From positions 3,520,001 through 3,584,000 of the forward strand of contig OY969763.1 of the NCBI GenBank assembly GCA_963702845.1: a stretch of DNA of 64,000 nucleotides, given 5' to 3'. This DNA is from an uncultured Verrucomicrobiae bacterium (lineage in GTDB: Bacteria > Verrucomicrobiota > Verrucomicrobiia > Limisphaerales > Palsa-1400). The position numbers and the translations under genes are program-made. Below are positions 19,401 through 27,785 of this stretch, piece after piece (position 1 is the first letter of the stretch; each line of letters starts with the position of its first letter). The notes under the pieces were generated by a model. It worked only from the letters and a program-made list of their open reading frames with translations, was not told the DNA's origin and did not search any database.

Positions 19401-19789
19401 CTGTAGTCACCGTCGAGGATCGTTTGTTCCGGACCAGCGGCGCTTTGCAATCTGATTGGCTTGCCTTTGAGGTCGAGGTGTTCGAAATAGATCCCGGGCG
19501 CGACGGTGATGATGGTGATCTGGTTGGTGCGGGCCGCGTCGATTGCGGCCTGGATGGTGGAATAGTCGTGCGGCACGGACGCATAATGGACGTTTGTGTT
19601 GATACTGAGGCCGCTGCCGTTGAATGGCGAACGGGTTGCGTTGGTGTAATCACCGGCGGTCAGTGACGGCGTTTGGGCTGCGGCGAAAACCGCGTTAAAA
19701 CCGAACGCTGAGGCTTCGACTGCTAACATCGTCGCGAGGAGGACGAAGATGAAGATGACGTTGCGGAGTGTTGTTTGGACCCGGTTCAT
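16403..19789 (-). CDS. Secreted multidomain protein: parallel beta-helix + HYR + ~4 Ig-like domains + RCC1 repeats
   Basis: TIQAAID/VAPGIY beta-helix start, VDIGAFE, FPVGTNVVTCTA (HYR), GSEP..YQW...GRYTIV Ig repeats, AIAAGGSHSLALRANGTVVAWG RCC1 repeats. Confidence 0.85.
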   Translation of the reverse strand: MNRVQTTLRNVIFIFVLLATMLAVEASAFGFNAVFAAAQTPSLTAGDYTNATRSPFNGSGLSINTNVHYASVPHDYSTIQAAIDAARTNQITIITVAPGIYFEHLDLKGKPIRLQSAAGPEQTILDGDYRGAVITCWTHEQPTTQIRGFTIQKGLSVRGGGITLGGSSPTIVSNIFRLNEGGFADGAAIEGTDASPLIINNTFQNNVSYEWHNGAISFADASSPVIANNVFVSNACAAINLDMPEQNRRVVVNNTLVGNTAGIRLATYSHDAGDDLANNLLADNGTQLEVTFRFGETVLPDWKNNLIYPSQSYTMVEQIGINGNISAPPAFVCPESFNFRLLTNSPGIDVGAMVQDLPQNDFDNNPRALMGGTGNVLSKTNTGPVAIVDIGAFEFDPAHPGNRCIGLVCPNDITVVVQPGEPYAIVDFPFATAAPEATVACDPLPFSYFPVGTNVVTCTATLGTNIETSSFNIVVVDAAFSIEPVSQTIEAGSKATFRPILDGDDVYIVDWKRNGEDYPYQYSYILDIDNVQAADEGDYTATVLRRDGSYVTRGPAHLHVKPAKPTITLAPESRSVRAGDNAFFYLQAKGSEPINFQWYREGRPIWPRPHERPPFPGFSYNFLQISDAQRTNAGRYTIVASNAYGFASTNFTITVHGTRPLLHQVPPPAQNALNGSDVTFYCSASGSEPMRYQWQLNGHNIPRANNQFLHLRKVTTSFDGRYTIVVSNALGRSSASCDLKIHVRPKLVALPPSTLAITGHDVTLRTRAIAGDKPIAYEWYRNIYRLGGPPNSGPGWRVIVDGPTLTIPSVTAADSDTYEVGAQNRFASDGTATHLIVAPVPSRVYAWGDNSAGQSTPPQNLTNAIAIAAGGSHSLALRANGTVVAWGSNADGQCTVPVGLRNVVAISAGRSHSLALRNDGTIVGWGNNQFGQCHAPTNLPKTIIAIAAGDHHNVALTINHQVAAWGDNSNGQCDIYYYSSMIAAGGDHSFDWSDTAGLHGWGADLHGEIDIPSRVNWSILTPSGRYYFPPSAIAAGKFHSVATGYDDYGQLTAICWGDNTFGQCTPPEELTDVMQVGAGDSHTIALTDDGTIYCWGDNTYGQLNPPQLPGPATAIATGANHNLVLIGH

Positions 19790-19922
19790 TTTGGTTGCGC
19801 AGGAGGTCCGTGCCCGACCGCATGCGCAGCGATTATGCCCGGGTAAAACCCACCGTCAAGTGAATGGAAGAGCGGTTCGTCTGCGGACGTATTAAGCCGG
19901 ATCTTCAGAAGTCACTTTGCCG

Positions 19923-20171
19923 TTAACATGCGTTGATGAGCGAGGTGAGAATTAAGGGCGAGATCGGAATGCGAACATGCAACCGAAAGCCCATTTTGTG
20001 CAGCAGCGAGCGCACGATTTTTTCGGGCTTTGTGTCCCTGCCCTTGATCCGGCTCATGTTTGGCTTCCCAAGCCCGCCACGAGTGAGGTGCCCCATAAGA
20101 GACGTTCGCGTTGCGAAATGTGGTCAGCTCCGGCGCTCTTTGGTTAATCGATCTTTGGATACGAATTTCAC
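19923..20171 (-). pseudogene. vsr: Truncated, interrupted second copy of the vsr 5' half
   Basis: Translates MKFVSKDRLTKERRS*[insert 20061-20124]NMSRIKGRDTKPEKIVRSLLHKMGFRLHVRIPI..*, closely matching the intact Vsr N-terminus. Confidence 0.85.
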
Positions 20172-20322
20172 TAACTCTAAAAATAGCCACAAAAAGGCAC
20201 AGAAGGCACAAAATTAGAAAATGCGGACGGCATAACGCAAGAGCGGACGACGGGAGATTTGAACAAATTATTTTGTTGTTCGCTGCCGCGAACCGTGCGA
20301 ATCGTCCCTACCATGGATGGTA

Positions 20323-20856
20323 TTAAGCGAGCTGCCGTTTACTGTGTCTCTTCGGTTTCGTGAATCGTTCGCCCGGTTTGCCGAGGCAGTTCGTCGCTAG
20401 AGCAAACCCTTCTTCATCCACCTGGGGGACTTCGCATTCGATCCAATAGTCGTGGATGTTTTTCAGGATCTTCTTAAATCCATCAAGATGATCCGGCTTT
20501 ACAACGAAGGAACTGGCGCCGAGAACGTAGGCGGTGCGAATATCGTCATCATCATGTGATGAAGACATCATGATCACCGGAATAACCGACAGCGCCGGAT
20601 GATTCTTGAGAAATTCCAGAACGGTGAAGCCGTCCCCGGGCGTCATGTTGAGGTCAGTAATGACAAAAGACGGAAACTCGAATTTAGAACGATTTGCGTA
20701 TTTACCTTCGCCGTCCAAGTAGGCCACCGCATCGTCCCCGCTGGTGGCAAGCTGGATATGATACCGATTACTGAATGAGCGGAATGCGCGTTCGATAAAA
20801 ATACGACTCGCCTCGTCATCGTCGATAACCAGAACTGTGGCGTTCCGCGCCTTCAT
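20323..20856 (-). CDS. Single-domain response regulator (REC)
   Basis: VLVIDDD, ITDLNMTPGDGF, MMSSS, FVVKP. Confidence 0.88.
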   Translation of the reverse strand: MKARNATVLVIDDDEASRIFIERAFRSFSNRYHIQLATSGDDAVAYLDGEGKYANRSKFEFPSFVITDLNMTPGDGFTVLEFLKNHPALSVIPVIMMSSSHDDDDIRTAYVLGASSFVVKPDHLDGFKKILKNIHDYWIECEVPQVDEEGFALATNCLGKPGERFTKPKRHSKRQLA

Positions 20857-21332
20857 CACCTCGCAATAGAACACAAAACGGTAAGTATGGAATTGGGAAA
20901 CAGCCTGTTTCTGCTGCGAGTCCTATAGTGTTTTACGGTCACTAATTGTGTCGGCTAAAGACAAAGACTGCGGCAGCAAGCAGCATGGCTATTCCAACCA
21001 TGAGAATCCAGGAGTTCAAACTCACCGTGTCAAGTTACGGCTCAAAACAGGGTCGATTCCACCTTATGTCCGAATGCGGGAAAGCTGGTGACGGAAAATT
21101 CAACGCAAAGTCGCAAAGTAGCGAAGGCGCAAAGATCAAAGGATGGAAAACGAACCCCCTCATCTGCGCTACTGACCGCTAATCCAAGGTGCGATTAATT
21201 ATGACCCGGTAGAAGACGGTCCGCGCAGCGCGACGAGCGGCGGGCCCTACCTTTTGAATCAAGCTCTCCGGCCGCCAGCGGGAGAAACATGCAGCATCCG
21301 TTCCCGACTTCTTAACCTCACAACATCTTCCC

Positions 21333-21710
21333 TCACCTTTCAGTGCGCACCATCGCGATGACAACTTCCGTCGAGAGACCGATGTCTTTGAGGTAATTAA
21401 CGTCCACAATTGACAGCTTGAAATCGGCGTGAGATCGATTGACGTATCGCAAAAGCTTTTGGTTTTCGAACCCGTGATGATACAGCCAGACCACTTCCGC
21501 AGCTTCCGGAGAAATATCTTCTGGCAGCAAACCTACAGACGGGGAAACCAATTTATTCGCCCCTTTCGAGCCTGACGCTCTAGCGTCCCTGGCCCGGGCT
21601 GGAGTCGCTGCAAACAAAAGGGTCAAAACCGCACAGAACACCATCGCGGACAAAATCCTTGTTTTCGCCTGCTTGAAAAGAGAATTCGAAATCTTGATCG
21701 TGACTCTCAT
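21333..21710 (-). CDS. Secreted hypothetical protein, paralog of the central domain of 21782-22942
   Basis: Signal-like segment; LLRYVNRSHADFKLSIVDVNYLKDIGLSTEVVIAMVR. Confidence 0.7.
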   Translation of the reverse strand: MRVTIKISNSLFKQAKTRILSAMVFCAVLTLLFAATPARARDARASGSKGANKLVSPSVGLLPEDISPEAAEVVWLYHHGFENQKLLRYVNRSHADFKLSIVDVNYLKDIGLSTEVVIAMVRTER

Positions 21711-21781
21711 CGGGGAATTTTACCCGAACGGAGCCACCCTGAGCAATTCTGCATTTCGTCCGCAAACCTACGTACGAGCCA

Positions 21782-22942
21782 TTATCGTCTAGCCCCGCCA
21801 CGGCCGCCACCGCCACCGCCTCTGCTACCTCCGCTCGGTCTTGCCGCACCACCGCCTCCACCACCAGCGCCACCACCGCCATTCGGACGCATTCCGCCGC
21901 CGCCGCCGTTGAGTCTTCCACCACCTTGGCCATCGCCACCACCATTTGGACGGTTACCCCCGTTATTGCCGCCATTGCCATTCCAATTGCCATTGCCATT
22001 CCAATTGCGGTTCACCGTAGTGTTCCAATCACCGCCCCAGGATCCACCCCAGCCGCCCCCGTAGCCTGCACCCCAACCGAGACCGTATCCGCCGTACGGG
22101 TATCCACCCCCATATCCATATGGGTAGCCATAATCGTAGGCATCAGTGTTCTCGTGTTGTTCGTAGTAATTTGGAAAACTTCCCGCGCTGCTGTCCGAAC
22201 TGCTCCCGGGCGCGGCTTCCATCGACTGCTCAGGTTGCTGGGCGACAGGCGGTTGATTCTCAGGTGGCGGCGCAGCACCCGCAGCTTCTTCCACGTATTG
22301 TCGTTGCATTTTCGCTTCGGCGACTCTCTCACGCGCCGATTGCGGCCGGATCATGGCAACGACAACCTCCGTCGGCACCCCGATGTCTTCCAGGTAGTTC
22401 ACGCTGTGGAGGTTCATTCCGAAGTCGAGATGCGAACGATTAACGTAGCGTAACAAAGCGTCCCCATTCGCCCCTTTCCGAAAAAGTTTGATCACGTGGG
22501 CCGTGCCTTGCGAAAGATCCTTCGGCATGACCGGCGGAGGGAGTCCGTTTCGCATCGGATTGGCCGGAAAGTCCGGCATGGCCCCGGGCACCTGAGCTTG
22601 AGGAGCCGGAAGGGTCGAAGGCGCCGGCGCGGGCTCAGGGACCGGCATTGGCTGCGAGGCGTCGGGACTTTGCGTGGGTTCGGGATTCGGCGCAGCTTGA
22701 GGACTGGGTATGGTCTGAGGATTCGGCACAGCTTGAGGAGTTGGGACGGTCTCAGCCTGGGGAGTCGGCGTGGTCTCAGGAGTCGGAATTGCCTGGGGGA
22801 CCGGAGCGGCCACGGGAGCCGGAGTTGTCGGAGGGCCCACTTGCTTTAAAGTGTTGCTATCTCCCTTGCTGGCCGAAGTCACTGCTAGCAACAACGCCAC
22901 TGCTCCGCTCGCGAGCACCGTGAATGAAACCCGGGTTTTCAT
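21782..22942 (-). CDS. Secreted Pro-rich / Gly-rich hypothetical protein
   Basis: Signal peptide, PQAxPT-type hexapeptide repeats, LLRYVNRSHLDF...YLEDIGVPTEVVVAMIR domain, YG/WG- and Gly-rich tail. Confidence 0.78.
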   Translation of the reverse strand: MKTRVSFTVLASGAVALLLAVTSASKGDSNTLKQVGPPTTPAPVAAPVPQAIPTPETTPTPQAETVPTPQAVPNPQTIPSPQAAPNPEPTQSPDASQPMPVPEPAPAPSTLPAPQAQVPGAMPDFPANPMRNGLPPPVMPKDLSQGTAHVIKLFRKGANGDALLRYVNRSHLDFGMNLHSVNYLEDIGVPTEVVVAMIRPQSARERVAEAKMQRQYVEEAAGAAPPPENQPPVAQQPEQSMEAAPGSSSDSSAGSFPNYYEQHENTDAYDYGYPYGYGGGYPYGGYGLGWGAGYGGGWGGSWGGDWNTTVNRNWNGNGNWNGNGGNNGGNRPNGGGDGQGGGRLNGGGGGMRPNGGGGAGGGGGGAARPSGGSRGGGGGGRGGARR

Positions 22943-23192
22943 AATTAACTCCCACTTTTAGGTCGCCATAGGGGCAATGCTGGCGACACTCCTCTGGTGT
23001 CAAACTAAGGCATGATTGCTTTTGCGCAATCGCTGGAATCGATCACAAATAGCGAACTGAAAATTGAAAGTTTGAACGGACTGATTTTCCACTACACCCC
23101 CGTTCAGGCGTGTTCCCAATAGCGAAACCAACCTCTGCGGTTACCGTAATACAGGGAAGCATGAGCTTCCCGAAACAATAGGAGGAAGAATT

Positions 23193-23318
23193 ATGGTCGG
23201 CTTGATGATGGTTCCGATGTTTGGCGCGATCGGCTATTCAATATTGTATCTGTTGTTCGGCGGCGGGTTGTTGGGTGCGGTGGTGATCTTTTTCATCGCG
23301 CGTGCGTTTGGGCGTTAA
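23193..23318 (+). CDS. Small hydrophobic membrane protein (41 aa)
   Basis: AGGAGG RBS upstream; MVGLMMVPMFGAIGYSILYLLFGGGLLGAVVIFFIARAFGR*. Confidence 0.7.
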   Translation: MVGLMMVPMFGAIGYSILYLLFGGGLLGAVVIFFIARAFGR

Positions 23319-23333
23319 TCGAGTGGCGAAGCT

Positions 23334-23401
23334 TTGGACTGCGCCAGCCCTCTGGTGCTGTCGAACCGGGAAAAAAGCGCCAGAGGACTGGCGCAGTCCA
23401 A
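23334..23401. repeat. REP-like inverted repeat
   Basis: ttggactgcgccagccctctgg ... ccagaggactggcgcagtccaa. Confidence 0.85.
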
Positions 23402-23434
23402 GACGCTCCGCGAGTTATTTGGTCTTGGTTTGGC

Positions 23435-23657
23435 TTACGGCGCCCGGAAACGATAGAAGCGCGTGGGGGCGTTTGTCGCGGGAATGTCGGTCACCGGGAT
23501 TGCGCTGCTACAGGCGTTTGTCACGATGCCGATTTGGACCCAGTTGGTCAGATCAGTTGACGAGTCGATGGCATAAATCTGATTGGGATCGCCTTGGACG
23601 ACGAATTGGAATCCGCCGGGACCTTTCGTTGAATAATCCGATGTCCACGATTTCGTT
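23435..23657 (-). pseudogene. Orphan C-terminal fragment of a secreted protein
   Basis: Frame with no start codon before the domain: ...GFQFVVQGDPNQIYAIDSSTDLTNWVQIGIVTN...VTDIPATNAPTRFYRFRAP*. Confidence 0.6.
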
Positions 23658-23666
23658 CATCGTTCA

Positions 23667-25139
23667 TCAAGATTCTTTCGCTTTTTTGTTCCGCTTCTTC
23701 GCTTTGCCTTTTCCATCTTTCGATAACTCAGGTGTCTCGCCCTGGTCTTTGGTTTCTTTGATCCAATTTTGCAACGCGTCTCGCAGCCGTTTCAACGCGG
23801 CCTGGTCTTGAGGATCGCTCGAGTTCGCCAGATTTTTTATTTCATGAGGATCGGATTGGAGGTCGTAAAGTTCCTCGTCCGGCATGCGTGGAGCGCAAAG
23901 GACGGCTTGCACCGGCGTCAATTTATTAGCGGCGTTTAATTCTTTGAGCAGGTTCCAGACGGGATATTGCTTCTCTTTATAATTGTTTGGCGCGAGGAAC
24001 GGCACCTCCGGGGTGAAGTTGCGGATGTAACGGTAGTGTGCGTCGCGCACGGTGCGGATGCGCATGGCGGTTTCATCGCAGCGATCGCGCGCACCGAAAA
24101 TATATTCTTTTGGTTTGCCGGTCTTTTCACCAAGGAATGGCCTGCCCTGCATTTTCGATGGAATGTCTGTTCCCACCCAGGACAGCATCGTTGGTGCGAG
24201 ATCGATTGCTTCCAACAAACGGTCATCCACCGAACCCGGGCGGAAGTTTTTCGGGGCGGTGATCGACTTGGGCCAACGGATGATGAGTGGAACGTGCAAT
24301 CCTTCTTCGTAGCAAAATTGTTTTCCGCGCACGTGCGCTTCGCCATTGTCGCCGATGAACAGGATGATGGTGTTTTCAGCAAGGCCTTCTTTCTTCAATT
24401 GATCGAGTATCAAGCCGACTTTGCGATCGAGTTCCATCATGGCATCGAGGTAGCGCGCGTAATCCTGCCGTGTGATGGGGTGATCCGGGTAATAGGGCGG
24501 CAATTCAATTTTGGATGGATCAGCCTTGTTCGGTCCATTGAACTTGCGATGTGTTTCATGGAAGTTGATCTGCGCGAAAAAGGGTTGGTGCGAGCTTAAA
24601 TCCGACCAATCGCTGGAATCGAAATCCGGCGCGGGCGAAAGAAAATTCCAGTCGGTTTTCCCGGCGCCTTTGAACCCGAACGAGTCGGGAAGCTTCTCCA
24701 CGTTGGCTGTGAAATAACCGGCATCCCGCATCCAATGAGGCAGGACGCGCACGCCTTCGGGAAGCGGCTTTTTATTCTCAGTCCGGTGCTGATGCGCGCC
24801 GATGGTCGTTTGATACATGCCCGTCATGAAGGCTGAGCGTGCCGGCGAGCAGACAGGAGACGTGGTATAAAAATGGTTGTAGCGCACACCTTGGTGCGCG
24901 AGCCGATCGAGGTTGGGCGTAGAAACGTTTTTCTGCCCGTAGCATCCCAATGCGGGTCCGAGATCTTCGGCGATGAGCCAGAGAATATTCGGCTTTGCGG
25001 CATTGGCGGCAGGAGCCGGGACGGTCGCGCAAAGGATGATCGCGCTACAAAGACATAAAGCCAGATGTCGCCAAAGGGAGCGGAGTTGCCTTTTCATGTC
25101 CTTGAAAGGACGGTGAAATGTTGTGTGGGGTTTCATCAA
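23667..25139 (-). CDS. Sulfatase (formylglycine-dependent)
   Basis: KPNILWLIAEDL, CSPARSAFMTG, GDNG, ELYDLQSDPHEIKNLA; the start may be a later Met. Confidence 0.93.
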   Translation of the reverse strand: MMKPHTTFHRPFKDMKRQLRSLWRHLALCLCSAIILCATVPAPAANAAKPNILWLIAEDLGPALGCYGQKNVSTPNLDRLAHQGVRYNHFYTTSPVCSPARSAFMTGMYQTTIGAHQHRTENKKPLPEGVRVLPHWMRDAGYFTANVEKLPDSFGFKGAGKTDWNFLSPAPDFDSSDWSDLSSHQPFFAQINFHETHRKFNGPNKADPSKIELPPYYPDHPITRQDYARYLDAMMELDRKVGLILDQLKKEGLAENTIILFIGDNGEAHVRGKQFCYEEGLHVPLIIRWPKSITAPKNFRPGSVDDRLLEAIDLAPTMLSWVGTDIPSKMQGRPFLGEKTGKPKEYIFGARDRCDETAMRIRTVRDAHYRYIRNFTPEVPFLAPNNYKEKQYPVWNLLKELNAANKLTPVQAVLCAPRMPDEELYDLQSDPHEIKNLANSSDPQDQAALKRLRDALQNWIKETKDQGETPELSKDGKGKAKKRNKKAKES

Positions 25140-25161
25140 GGTTTTTTGTTTGTCAGTAACA

Positions 25162-26412
25162 TCAGAACGTCAGCCGGACCGTCCGCCACTCACGATCCTT
25201 GTAAGCGTGGTGCGCGCGAGGATAGGTCAGCACGATCTCGTGCGTTTCGCGGTCTTCGAACATCGACAGGTGCGAGATGTCGAGCCGGCCTTGCGCGTCG
25301 TCTTCAGGACGATGTGTATCGATGGTCACGATGGTTTTGCGGATGAGTCGGAAGGTTTGCGGGTCCACTTCGCCGATGACCAGCGGGTAGCGTGGAAGGT
25401 TTCCCGCACAGTTGGTCGCAGTGAGGTTCCCGGCCCAAAAACAGCGACCACTTGAATGCATGAGGAGCGCAGACATGCTGCTGGGGGAGTAAGCGGGCGT
25501 GCCATCATCGTAGGTCAGTGGTTCCGGTTTCGACCATGTGAGTCCGTCGTTGATTGAGATCGACGTCCATTTGGAGCTGGGGAGTTCGTTGTGTGGATCG
25601 CTTTTGCCACCGTTGCTACCGCGCATGACCATGAGAATTCGGCCATCAGGAAACTCGGTCAGCGTAGGTTCGATCAGTCCGCGCGTGGTGCGCAATGGAT
25701 CGCTACGGACGCGATCTGAAATTTTCCAGGTGAGACGGTTGTGGTTGGTCCACGTGCCAATGAGGACGAGGACGTCGGTATAGGTGTGGCCGCCGCTGGG
25801 GTTGTAGAGTTTGTTGTCAGGACCGATGGGTGTGGCTTGTGTCGGAACGAGGATTTTGCCGGAGCACGTAGCCACGGGAATGCAGCCGACGTCGCCCAGA
25901 TAGATTGCGTTGGTGCCGATCCAAACACCGTCGACGGGATGTTTGGCGTCGAAGCTCCCCTGCTCTACGATCGGTTCGTCGAGGAGCCATGTGCGCGCGG
26001 CGTCCAGGGAAACGCGGTAGCGAAGGTAGTAAGTTTGTTGGGCGATTTTCGGTTCGTGCGCTTTTGGGTCGAGGTTGGGTGTGTCGAGGGAATTGAGGAT
26101 GTTGACGAGCCGTCCGGTGTGAGGGTCGAGCACGGTGGTAACGGAATCGCGGCGGTAACCGAAAGGAAGGTTGGTTTGAAACTTGGTTTGTGGTGTGAAG
26201 GCATTCCAGGTGCGACCGTTGTCGGTTGAGAGTTGGCCGGGACTGATTAGCCGGGAGGTTGTTGAATCGGCGTAGTAAGCGCGGTAGTAGCTGGGTTGGT
26301 TTGTGGAAACGGTGCGTTGAATGACTGCAAGCGGATTGCGAGCGCGAGGTTGGGAAATACAACCGGACGCAAGACAGATGAGCGCGACGAGCAGTTGGAG
26401 CGGCTTGTTCAA
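25162..26412 (-). CDS. BNR/Asp-box (sialidase-like) putative lipoprotein
   Basis: Asp boxes STDNGRTW, SLDAARTW and SINDGLTW; lipobox-like LASGC. The upstream part of the listed 872-aa ORF is the antisense shadow of the neighbouring gene. Confidence 0.75.
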   Translation of the reverse strand: MNKPLQLLVALICLASGCISQPRARNPLAVIQRTVSTNQPSYYRAYYADSTTSRLISPGQLSTDNGRTWNAFTPQTKFQTNLPFGYRRDSVTTVLDPHTGRLVNILNSLDTPNLDPKAHEPKIAQQTYYLRYRVSLDAARTWLLDEPIVEQGSFDAKHPVDGVWIGTNAIYLGDVGCIPVATCSGKILVPTQATPIGPDNKLYNPSGGHTYTDVLVLIGTWTNHNRLTWKISDRVRSDPLRTTRGLIEPTLTEFPDGRILMVMRGSNGGKSDPHNELPSSKWTSISINDGLTWSKPEPLTYDDGTPAYSPSSMSALLMHSSGRCFWAGNLTATNCAGNLPRYPLVIGEVDPQTFRLIRKTIVTIDTHRPEDDAQGRLDISHLSMFEDRETHEIVLTYPRAHHAYKDREWRTVRLTF

Positions 26413-26496
26413 GACGGCATTTTTATCGGAATGTGGAACAATCCCACGCGAAAGAGAAGTTTGAGCGGACTGGCGCGGGCTGCTAGAAATAGAAGC

Positions 26497-27774
26497 ATGA
26501 TCAGACCTGCCCTGCTGCTCGCCTTGGTTGCGACGGCGTTGAATTGTTCGGCTGCACCGACTGCTGAAATTAATCGCGCAGCGGAATCCTTGCGGGCATC
26601 GATGAGCGCGCAGCGACGGGATTTTCATATGCACCCGGAACTGGGTTACCACGAGGTGCGCACGTCGGGAATTGTGTTGGAGCGGTTGAAGGCGCTGGGG
26701 TTCACCGATATTCGCACGAATGTGGCGGTGCACGGAATTGTGGCGTTGCTCAAGGGCGGCAGGCCCGGACCGGTGGTGGCGTATCGCGGTGAGATGGATG
26801 CGTTGCCGATCGAGGAGCTGAACGATGTTCCGTATAAATCGACGGTCGCACATGTCATGCACGCGTGTGGGCATGATGCGCACACGACGATTGCACTGGG
26901 TGTTGCAGAGGTTTTGAGCCGGATGCGCGATGAGTTGCCAGGCTCGGTTAAATTTGTTTTTCAACCGGACGAGGAAGGTCCCCCACCGGAAGGAATGCTC
27001 GATGGGGCGATGGCGATGGTGAAAGACGGCGCACTGGAGAATCCGCGACCGTCGGCGATTTTCGGTTTGCATACCACGGCTGAGATTGAAACCGGCCAAA
27101 TTGGTGCGCGCGACGGTGGCGCGCAGGCTGCGGCGGACTTGTTTGAAATTGTGATCCACGGCAAGACGGCGCACCCAGCGCATCCGGAGGAAGGCGTGGA
27201 TTCGATTTTGGTGGCGTCGCAATGTGTGGAGGCGTTGCAGGCGATTCGCAGCCGGCGCATCGACCCGCTGGAGCGTGTGGTGTTGACGATCGGAAAAATT
27301 CAGGGTGGCAAAACTGCGGAGACGCTCGCGCCGACGGTGACGATGAATGGGATGTTGCGGAGTTTCGATGAGAAGGTGCGCACGCAGATGAAAGCGCAGA
27401 TGCGGCAGACGCTGGAGGGCGTGTGCAAAATTTATGGCGCGAGTTTTGACCTGAACATCACGGAGGAAACGATGGTCGTTTATAACGAGCCAAAGTTGAC
27501 GGATTTTGCGATGAGCTCGATTCGTCATTCGCTCGGCGACGCTGGCGCAATTGAACCCGCGTTGCGAATGGGTGCGGAAGATTTTTCGTATTACCAAAAG
27601 GTGGTGCCTGGAATTCTTTTTCGGCTCGGTTCGGGAAATAAAGCGCGCGGCATTACTTCGAACCAACACACGGCGACGTTTGATATCGATGAGGAGTGTA
27701 TGGTGGTCGGCGTGAAATCGATGGCGAATTTGATTTGGGATTATCTGGAGGCCAGTGGGAAGTTGGGGCACTGA
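26497..27774 (+). CDS. M20-family amidohydrolase
   Basis: RRDFHMHPELG, EMDALP, MHACGHDAH, FQPDEEG, GAEDFS. Confidence 0.92.
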   Translation: MIRPALLLALVATALNCSAAPTAEINRAAESLRASMSAQRRDFHMHPELGYHEVRTSGIVLERLKALGFTDIRTNVAVHGIVALLKGGRPGPVVAYRGEMDALPIEELNDVPYKSTVAHVMHACGHDAHTTIALGVAEVLSRMRDELPGSVKFVFQPDEEGPPPEGMLDGAMAMVKDGALENPRPSAIFGLHTTAEIETGQIGARDGGAQAAADLFEIVIHGKTAHPAHPEEGVDSILVASQCVEALQAIRSRRIDPLERVVLTIGKIQGGKTAETLAPTVTMNGMLRSFDEKVRTQMKAQMRQTLEGVCKIYGASFDLNITEETMVVYNEPKLTDFAMSSIRHSLGDAGAIEPALRMGAEDFSYYQKVVPGILFRLGSGNKARGITSNQHTATFDIDEECMVVGVKSMANLIWDYLEASGKLGH

Positions 27775-27785
27775 CCTCATACATA

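Noticed and set aside
26413..27780. N-terminal half of the 872-aa minus-strand ORF
   Set aside because: It is the antisense shadow of the M20 amidohydrolase; it is Arg/His-rich with no motifs.
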